From NCBI GenBank assembly GCA_964564105.1, contig CAZLZS010000003.1, positions 1-56,418 on the forward strand: 56,418 nucleotides of DNA, given 5' to 3'. Positions 50,881 through 56,418 of this stretch are shown here, one piece after another. The notes beneath the pieces are model-generated. The model was not told the DNA's origin, did no database searches, and worked only from the letters and a program-made list of their open reading frames with translations. Position 1 is the first letter of the stretch; each line of letters starts with the position of its first letter. The translations under genes were made by a program, and so were the position numbers. Origin of the DNA: an uncultured Candidatus Saccharibacteria bacterium (lineage in GTDB: Bacteria; Patescibacteriota; Minisyncoccia; Phycocordibacterales; JACOZG01).

Positions 50881-52178
50881 CCAAACGATTGATAATCTTA
50901 ATCGTCATTTTAATCGTTCTGCTGGCAGGCGTGGGGATTTGGTGGTGGGTGGCGTCGAGAGCGGCGCCTCCGGCGGCGCCGCCGGTTGATCTAAGTCAGG
51001 CCTTTCCGGTTTCGCCGCCTCGGCCGCCGGCGCCAGTTACCGGAACAACATCGATAACATCACTAGCGACGACACCGATTCCCGAAACGCCCAGCTACCG
51101 ATCCAACCGACTTATCACTTTGAGCGAACGCGCCGTGGCCGGTGTGACGATTATTCCTGCCGCCACCTCTACCGAATCCGACCGAGTCTTATTTCTGGAG
51201 CGCGAAACTGGTCTGATTGTGGAAATGGCTCTGGCCGAGCGCGCCAGACGCGAGCTGGCGCGGCTACCGCTCCGGGCGCCGCTGGCCGAAACGATTTTAA
51301 CTTTAGACTCTCAAAAATTATCGGTTTGGTTTTCCACCATTGCCAGCACTGGTCAAAAAAATTATTTTAGCGGCGCGGTCAATCTCGACAGCGGCGCCAC
51401 TGACAGCTTGACCTTGCCGGAAATTGAATCCGCGCCCCTCGGCGACGCGGTGCAAAACTTGACTCTGGCCCCGGGCCGCGACCGGCTCTTTACTCTCGAA
51501 CGAGTGGGGCAAGAAACGATCGGCAAGGTGCTTGATTTGAAAATTAAAAAGAGCCAGTTGGTTTTCAACTCCCGCGCCAATCAGTGGCTCGTCCACTGGC
51601 CGGAGAAAAATCTGATTGCCCTAACCAGCAAACCAACGGCCGAAGCCCCTGGTTATCTTTATTTATTGAATTTGAGAAATGCTGACTGGCAAAAAATATT
51701 CGGCGGCGTGAACGGTCTCGCCACCCTGGTGAGCCCTGACGGGCAAAAAATTCTCTACAGCCGAAGCAACGGTCGCGGCTTGGAACTTGGGTTGTACGAC
51801 CGACTAAAGAATGAGAGTCGGACTCTGGCCATCGCCACTCTGCCGGAAAAATGTGTTTGGGCGGGCGATGCCGCAACAATCTATTGCGCCGTGCCGCGAT
51901 CTTTGCCTCGGGCGACTTACCCGGACGATTGGCTAGCGGGCGAAATAATCTTTGATGATTTACTATGGCAAATCAACGTTGAAAGCGGCGTGAGCCGCCT
52001 CAGCTGGGCCGACGAGCCCGGACTCGGCGATGTTATCAATCTCCTGACCGTTCGCGGCGGCGAGAAATTCATCTTTATTGACCGGCTGACGAGCCGTCTT
52101 TTTCTGATTGACCCCGTTAGAAACTTTGTTTCTAACGGGGTTGATGAGTTAATACCGCCGCCGCTTGCCGCCGAATAA
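50877..52178 (+). CDS. Membrane-anchored protein with a Pro-rich linker and a beta-propeller-like (TolB/PD40-like) domain
   Basis: 433 aa with a TM helix (LIILIVILIVLLAGVGIWWWV), a PPAAPP linker and a PD40-like segment (LVSPDGQKILYSRSNGRGLELGLYD). The last 23 codons run through the palindrome and overlap the yidC 3' end. Confidence 0.55.
   Translation: MTKRLIILIVILIVLLAGVGIWWWVASRAAPPAAPPVDLSQAFPVSPPRPPAPVTGTTSITSLATTPIPETPSYRSNRLITLSERAVAGVTIIPAATSTESDRVLFLERETGLIVEMALAERARRELARLPLRAPLAETILTLDSQKLSVWFSTIASTGQKNYFSGAVNLDSGATDSLTLPEIESAPLGDAVQNLTLAPGRDRLFTLERVGQETIGKVLDLKIKKSQLVFNSRANQWLVHWPEKNLIALTSKPTAEAPGYLYLLNLRNADWQKIFGGVNGLATLVSPDGQKILYSRSNGRGLELGLYDRLKNESRTLAIATLPEKCVWAGDAATIYCAVPRSLPRATYPDDWLAGEIIFDDLLWQINVESGVSRLSWADEPGLGDVINLLTVRGGEKFIFIDRLTSRLFLIDPVRNFVSNGVDELIPPPLAAE
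52111..52141. repeat. 31-nt perfect palindrome ACCCCGTTAGAAAC-TTT-GTTTCTAACGGGGT at the convergent 3' ends of two genes
   Basis: Exact 14-bp arms. The yidC stop codon TAG (52132-52134, minus strand) lies in the right arm. Confidence 0.9.
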
Positions 52179-52848
52179 GAAGTTCATGGACAATGGCAAA
52201 CAGATTGCTGGTCAACCAATAGAGCGAGATCGCCGCCGGCAAGCTGGCTGAAGCAAAAACAATGAAGATCGGTAGCCAGTAGCGCATTTGTTTTTGGATC
52301 TGGGAAGCCGGGGATGTGGGGCTAGAAACAGTGCCGGGAGCCGCTAGCCATAACTGGATAAATTGCGACAACCCGACCAATAAAGAAAGGGGTAGGAAAG
52401 CTTTAGTTAAATCTATTAACCCCAACCAATCAGCCGAGATTGTTTCTGGCCGCGGCACAAATGAATAGAGAAGGTCGGGATGCAGGGTGGCGCTGTCGCG
52501 GAAAACAAAAAAAAGAGCCAGGACAATCGGAATCTGGATCAAAATCGTCCAGAAGCTAGTCAGAGGATTAACTCCGTGAGTTTGATACAGAGCCATGATC
52601 TGTTTCGCTTGCTCATTTCTGTCTTGCTGATAATTTTTTTTCAGGGTCTGCAACTGCGGCTCGAGAAGTTTTAGTTTTTTCTGCATTTTCAGTGTTTGGT
52701 GTTGAAATGGCAAAAGCGCCAGTTTAACAATGATGGTTAAAACAATAATGGCCCCGCCCAGATTCTGGCCGGGCAAAAAAGCGCTGATAGCGATCAGAAG
52801 ATTATACAGGGGGTTGAAGAAAATTTGCCGCCAGAGATTGGAAATCAT
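52132..52848 (-). CDS. yidC: Membrane protein insertase YidC (short, Oxa1-like form)
   Basis: 238 aa with LALLPFQHQTLKMQKKLKLLEPQLQTLKKNY and MALYQTHGVNPL. It sits in the conserved position next to rnpA. Confidence 0.9.
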   Translation of the reverse strand: MISNLWRQIFFNPLYNLLIAISAFLPGQNLGGAIIVLTIIVKLALLPFQHQTLKMQKKLKLLEPQLQTLKKNYQQDRNEQAKQIMALYQTHGVNPLTSFWTILIQIPIVLALFFVFRDSATLHPDLLYSFVPRPETISADWLGLIDLTKAFLPLSLLVGLSQFIQLWLAAPGTVSSPTSPASQIQKQMRYWLPIFIVFASASLPAAISLYWLTSNLFAIVHELLIRRQAAAVLTHQPR

Positions 52849-52859
52849 TGTTGCTGAGA

Positions 52860-53207
52860 TTAATTAATCAGTAAATTGGCTTGGAGAAATACCTGCCTGA
52901 TCGTTTGCGATAATTGTCTAAAGGACAAAGTGGTTATTCCTTTTTTAAAAAACAGGAGGCAGTAATGGTTGTCCCTTAGTTGCGGCGAGAGCTCGGTGAG
53001 GATGGCGTGGGCGCGCCTTTTCCACAAATTTCGTTCCACCGCCTTGCCAGATACTTTACTGCCGGTGATGACGGCAAAGCTGGTTGGCGCTGAGCGGGTG
53101 GGGTCGCGCCAGACCCTTAAAGACAAAAACTGGGTCGGCCAAACTCGACCAGATTGCAAAATGGTTGGGAAAAGAGTTTTGGGCACTCGGCGAGAACGCG
53201 GCAACAT
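52860..53207 (-). CDS. rnpA: Ribonuclease P protein component
   Basis: 115 aa with SKVSGKAVERNLWKRRAHAIL. It lies between rpmH and yidC. Confidence 0.85.
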   Translation of the reverse strand: MLPRSRRVPKTLFPTILQSGRVWPTQFLSLRVWRDPTRSAPTSFAVITGSKVSGKAVERNLWKRRAHAILTELSPQLRDNHYCLLFFKKGITTLSFRQLSQTIRQVFLQANLLIN

Positions 53208-53212
53208 TAATC

Positions 53213-53347
53213 TTAGACCGTGAGTCTGGCCCGCTGTTTGCGCCGGCGACGCCGCAACACTCTTCGACCGGCCGGCGACCGTTGTCTAACTAAAAAACCA
53301 TGAGTTTTATAACGTTTTCTTTTTTTAGGTTGAAAGGTTTGCGACAT
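53213..53347 (-). CDS. rpmH: 50S ribosomal protein L34
   Basis: Not in the ORF track (44 aa). Hand translation gives [44 protein letters not shown], the L34 signature. Confidence 0.9.
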   Translation of the reverse strand: MSQTFQPKKRKRYKTHGFLVRQRSPAGRRVLRRRRRKQRARLTV

Positions 53348-53410
53348 TTAGGGAAAAGGTTAGCATACTTATCAACATTAATCCACTGATTATTAACAGA
53401 TTGACGCCAG

Positions 53411-53439
53411 TTGAGTATCTGGTGGTCGACCTCTATAAT
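53411..53439 (+). promoter_or_regulatory. Candidate dnaA promoter TTGAGT-17-TATAAT, preceded by DnaA-box-like sites
   Basis: TTGAGT lies at 53411-53416 and TATAAT at 53434-39. TTATCAACA (8/9) lies at 53369-53377. Confidence 0.4.
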
Positions 53440-53457
53440 CTATAATGTCTCTCAACT

Positions 53458-54825
53458 ATGCTGCTGGATAACAAAAAACTTTGGGAAACGGTTTTAGCGG
53501 AAATTGAACTGGGTATTTCTCAGGCGACTTTCGGCACCTGGTTTAAAAACACCAATATCGCCAAGCTGGAAACCGGAGTGGTTTATTTGAACGTCCCCAA
53601 TGCTTTTGTTAAAGAATGGCTGTTAAATAAATACCACAAATTTATTCTCAAAACTCTCCGCCATTATCAGCCCGAGGTCCGCGGTGTTGAATATGCTATT
53701 AGTAAGATTGAAGACGGGTCAAAAACAAAAAAGGTTGGGGAGTATTCGCCACCGGTCGAGTGGGGGAATCAACAAATACCCATGGCTGAGATTTACATCA
53801 ATAAAGAAGATAATTTAAATCCCCGATATACCTTTGAGCTATTTATCGTTGGCTCATTTAATGAATTGGCTCACGCCGCTTCGCAGGCGGTGGTGAAAAA
53901 ACCCGGAACTCTCTATAATCCGCTTCTAATTTACGGCGGCACTGGACTCGGCAAAACCCATTTAATCCAGGCGGTTGGCAACCAGTTGAAGAGCGTTGGG
54001 GGAGGGAAAAAAATCTACTACATTACCTCGGAACGTTTTATGCTTGATTACATCAACTCGGTGCAAAACAACCGCGGCAATTTGTTTAAAGAAAAATACC
54101 GAAAATATGATATTTTAATCATGGATGACGTTCAATTCCTCTCGGAAAAAGAAAAAACCCAAGAAGAACTCTTTCACCTTTTCAATGTTTTTTATGAAAA
54201 TAACAAGCAAATAATATTTTCCTCCGATAAACCGCCGAAATACTTAAGTGGCATCGAGGAGCGCCTGCGGTCGAGATTGGAAGGGGGAATGATTGTGGAT
54301 ATTGGCCGGCCGGATTTTGAATCGCGGCTAGCGATTCTTAAATATAAAGCAGGGTTGAGCAATTTTTCACCCAATGAAGAAACCTTGGAATATGTCGCCT
54401 CGGTCATTCAGGACAACATCAGGGAATTAGAGGGGGCGCTAAACACCATCAACTGTCAAGCTTACTTAAAAAAACACCCACTTTCCATGAATGAAGTGAA
54501 AAATCTCATAAAAAACAGTATCCGGCCCAAGAGAAATATCTCAATTAAGGATGTCACAACAGTGGTCGCTGATTTCTACCACATTGAAGAACGACGATTA
54601 TACGAGAAGACTAGGAAAAAAGAAGTGGTCAAGCCGCGACAAGTGGCGATGTATTTATTAAGAGAAGATTTTAACACTTCTTACCCGTATATCGGACAAC
54701 AATTAGGCGGGCGCGACCACACCACAGTGATTCACGCTTATGATAAAATAAAAAATGATTTAGGGAATAACCAGTTATTAAATCGTGAGTTAGACCAGAT
54801 TCGTAATTTGTTATACCAAAACTAA
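53458..54825 (+). CDS. dnaA: Chromosomal replication initiator protein DnaA
   Basis: 455 aa with Walker A GGTGLGKTHL, Walker B ILIMDDVQFL, sensor/box VII regions and the C-terminal DNA-binding domain (PRQVAMYLLRE...GGRDHTTVIHA). Confidence 0.95.
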   Translation: MLLDNKKLWETVLAEIELGISQATFGTWFKNTNIAKLETGVVYLNVPNAFVKEWLLNKYHKFILKTLRHYQPEVRGVEYAISKIEDGSKTKKVGEYSPPVEWGNQQIPMAEIYINKEDNLNPRYTFELFIVGSFNELAHAASQAVVKKPGTLYNPLLIYGGTGLGKTHLIQAVGNQLKSVGGGKKIYYITSERFMLDYINSVQNNRGNLFKEKYRKYDILIMDDVQFLSEKEKTQEELFHLFNVFYENNKQIIFSSDKPPKYLSGIEERLRSRLEGGMIVDIGRPDFESRLAILKYKAGLSNFSPNEETLEYVASVIQDNIRELEGALNTINCQAYLKKHPLSMNEVKNLIKNSIRPKRNISIKDVTTVVADFYHIEERRLYEKTRKKEVVKPRQVAMYLLREDFNTSYPYIGQQLGGRDHTTVIHAYDKIKNDLGNNQLLNRELDQIRNLLYQN

Positions 54826-54951
54826 TCAACAATTATTAACAGATTACTAAAATAATAAATACTAAATAATCAAAGAAACCATGACTAGAAACATTTATCC
54901 ACTTATCCACCAAGCTAATTAAAATAATATTCTTTCTATAATTAATTTATT
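54826..54951. promoter_or_regulatory. Candidate oriC core in the AT-rich dnaA-dnaN spacer, with tandem DnaA boxes
   Basis: TTATCCACT (54895-54903) and TTATCCACC (54903-54911) lie head-to-tail, each 8/9 to consensus. The flanks are very AT-rich (AATAATAAATACTAAATAAT; TTAAAATAATATTCTTTCTATAATTAATTTATT). Confidence 0.6.
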
Positions 54952-56055
54952 ATGAATCTGGAATGCTCCTTAGGTAAAATTAAAACCGCGATATTATCCG
55001 CTGAACGGCTAACTGGTAAAAATCTATCTTTACCAGTTTTTTCTAATATTATTCTAGAAGCTGAAAATCAAACTCTAAAAATAAAAGCCACTAATCTTGA
55101 TCTTGGTTTAGAAATATCTCTGCCTTGTAAAATTAACCAAACTGGGTTGGTGGCGGTCAGTGGAAATTTGCTGGGTAATTTTTTCAACCACTTGCCGGCC
55201 TCAGAAGATAAAATAAAACTCGAATTACTGAAAGGCAATCTGAACATTTCTTCAACCCACCACACCACCACCATTAAATGTTACCCCGCCGATGATTTTC
55301 CCCTTATTCCTCGGCCGGATAAACCCTCCATCCTACTCATTAATTCAGAGCAATTATCTCAGGGGTTGCAGAGTGTTTGGTATAGCGCCTCGTCTTCTAA
55401 TCTTAAGCCGGAAATTTCCAGCGTCTGTTTTTATGAACAGCCAAGCGGTTTGTGTTTGGTCGCCACTGACTCTTTCCGCTTGGCGGAAAAACATCTTGGC
55501 GGCGACAAGTTGAGATTGAATCTACCCTACCTGATTCTACCTCTTAAAAATACATTGGAATTGATGAAAATAATCGAGAATTTAAATGTCGATTTGGAGA
55601 TTCAATATAACCAGAACCAAATTTCTTTTTTCGCTCCTCACTTTTATCTCACCTCACGTTTAATTGACGGTGTTTTTCCTGATTATCGGCAGATTATTCC
55701 CACTCGTTTTTCCACCGAGGTAACCACTAACCGCGCGCAACTACTCGAACTTTTGAAATTAGCCAATGTTTTTGTTGATAAGTTTAATCAAGCCGACCTG
55801 TCGCTTAACAAAGAAGGGAAATTAGAAATCAGAACCATCAACGACAATGGCAATAACTTGGTTTGGGTTGTTCCCCAGGCGGTTTCTGGCGAACCAGTGG
55901 CGATTAGTCTAAATTTGAAGTACTTGCTCGATGGTTTGGTCGCATTCTCTGACGAACAAGTCATTCTTCGTTTCAACGGCGCCGCCAAACCAATAATGCT
56001 CACTGGTTGGGGCGACACCACCTTGGTCTATCTGATCATGCCGATCAAACGCTAA
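54952..56055 (+). CDS. dnaN: DNA polymerase III beta sliding clamp
   Basis: 367 aa with three-domain clamp length and pattern (ATDSFRLAE, RLIDGVFPDYRQIIP, LIMPI). It lies immediately after dnaA. Confidence 0.9.
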   Translation: MNLECSLGKIKTAILSAERLTGKNLSLPVFSNIILEAENQTLKIKATNLDLGLEISLPCKINQTGLVAVSGNLLGNFFNHLPASEDKIKLELLKGNLNISSTHHTTTIKCYPADDFPLIPRPDKPSILLINSEQLSQGLQSVWYSASSSNLKPEISSVCFYEQPSGLCLVATDSFRLAEKHLGGDKLRLNLPYLILPLKNTLELMKIIENLNVDLEIQYNQNQISFFAPHFYLTSRLIDGVFPDYRQIIPTRFSTEVTTNRAQLLELLKLANVFVDKFNQADLSLNKEGKLEIRTINDNGNNLVWVVPQAVSGEPVAISLNLKYLLDGLVAFSDEQVILRFNGAAKPIMLTGWGDTTLVYLIMPIKR

Positions 56056-56171
56056 CCATGTTAGAATAGAGCCATTCATTATGAAAAACACCCCTTCCTC
56101 GTTCTCGTTTTGCTCGTTATTCTTTGACTAGTTGGTTGACATTTGCTAACATATTATTTTATCTATCAACT

Positions 56172-56408
56172 ATGACCATCATTACCATTCCTAAAATTTT
56201 ATCCGGCCGGCGACCGCAAAAATTAGTCGCCGTGCCAGCCGCAGCTTATAAGGAGTTTTTAACTTGGCAGAAAGAGACCCGCGCCTTCAAGACCTTTAAG
56301 CCCACGATTGGGGAAAAAAGAGAATTAGCCAGAGCCAAGAAAAATTTTGCTCAAGGAAATTACATCAAGTGGTCTGATCTGAAACATGAATTGGGTCTTG
56401 CTGGTTGA
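56172..56408 (+). CDS. Small hypothetical protein (possible antitoxin-like; function unknown)
   Basis: The ORF track starts at 56124. The ATG at 56172 (MTIITIPKIL) lies downstream of a TTGACA hexamer (56137-56142). The stop overlaps a possible next ORF that is cut by the window end. Confidence 0.35.
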   Translation: MTIITIPKILSGRRPQKLVAVPAAAYKEFLTWQKETRAFKTFKPTIGEKRELARAKKNFAQGNYIKWSDLKHELGLAG

Positions 56409-56418
56409 TCCGGCCGTT

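Overview
This 56.4-kb chromosomal window spans the replication origin, with yidC-rnpA-rpmH on the minus strand facing dnaA-dnaN on the plus strand. Gene content points to a small-genome, Candidate Phyla Radiation/Patescibacteria-like bacterium, but that taxonomic call is inference. The signs are a ComEC without a beta-lactamase domain, PrgI- and T4SS-pilin-type genes, many signal-anchored hypothetical proteins, small GIY-YIG genes and a four-helix-bundle gene. Most of the window is housekeeping: recJ, rnhA, dut, ndk, nusA, ppa, clpP, rsmA, a UvrD/PcrA helicase, comM, rpsO, xerC-like, cca, murD, alr, nagZ, hup, rny, acpP, and five tRNAs plus one tRNA fragment. Three things stand out. (1) A 13.7-kb, translationally coupled type IV secretion-like operon (38515-52178) has a two-ORF VirB4, VirB6/TrbL-like, PrgI/VirB3-like and VirB2-like pilin genes and six unrecognisable proteins, but no relaxase, coupling protein or VirB11 in the window. 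(2) A dispersed family of perfect inverted repeats is built on CCCGTTAGAA / TTCTAACGGG. It has five loci, lies both between and inside genes, brackets the T4SS-like operon, and resembles the 5' flank and acceptor of tRNA-Pro. (3) Two very small GIY-YIG nuclease genes each end on the TAG at positions 8-10 of an intact tRNA, and each has an orphan duplicate of that tRNA's 5' part upstream. Other observations are extra-origin DnaA-box 12/13-mers, a repeat-dense spacer upstream of ndk, a four-helix-bundle gene inserted in the T4SS-like operon, a truncated ABC binding-protein gene, and strong GC mosaicism. No rRNA genes, CRISPR array or prophage were seen.
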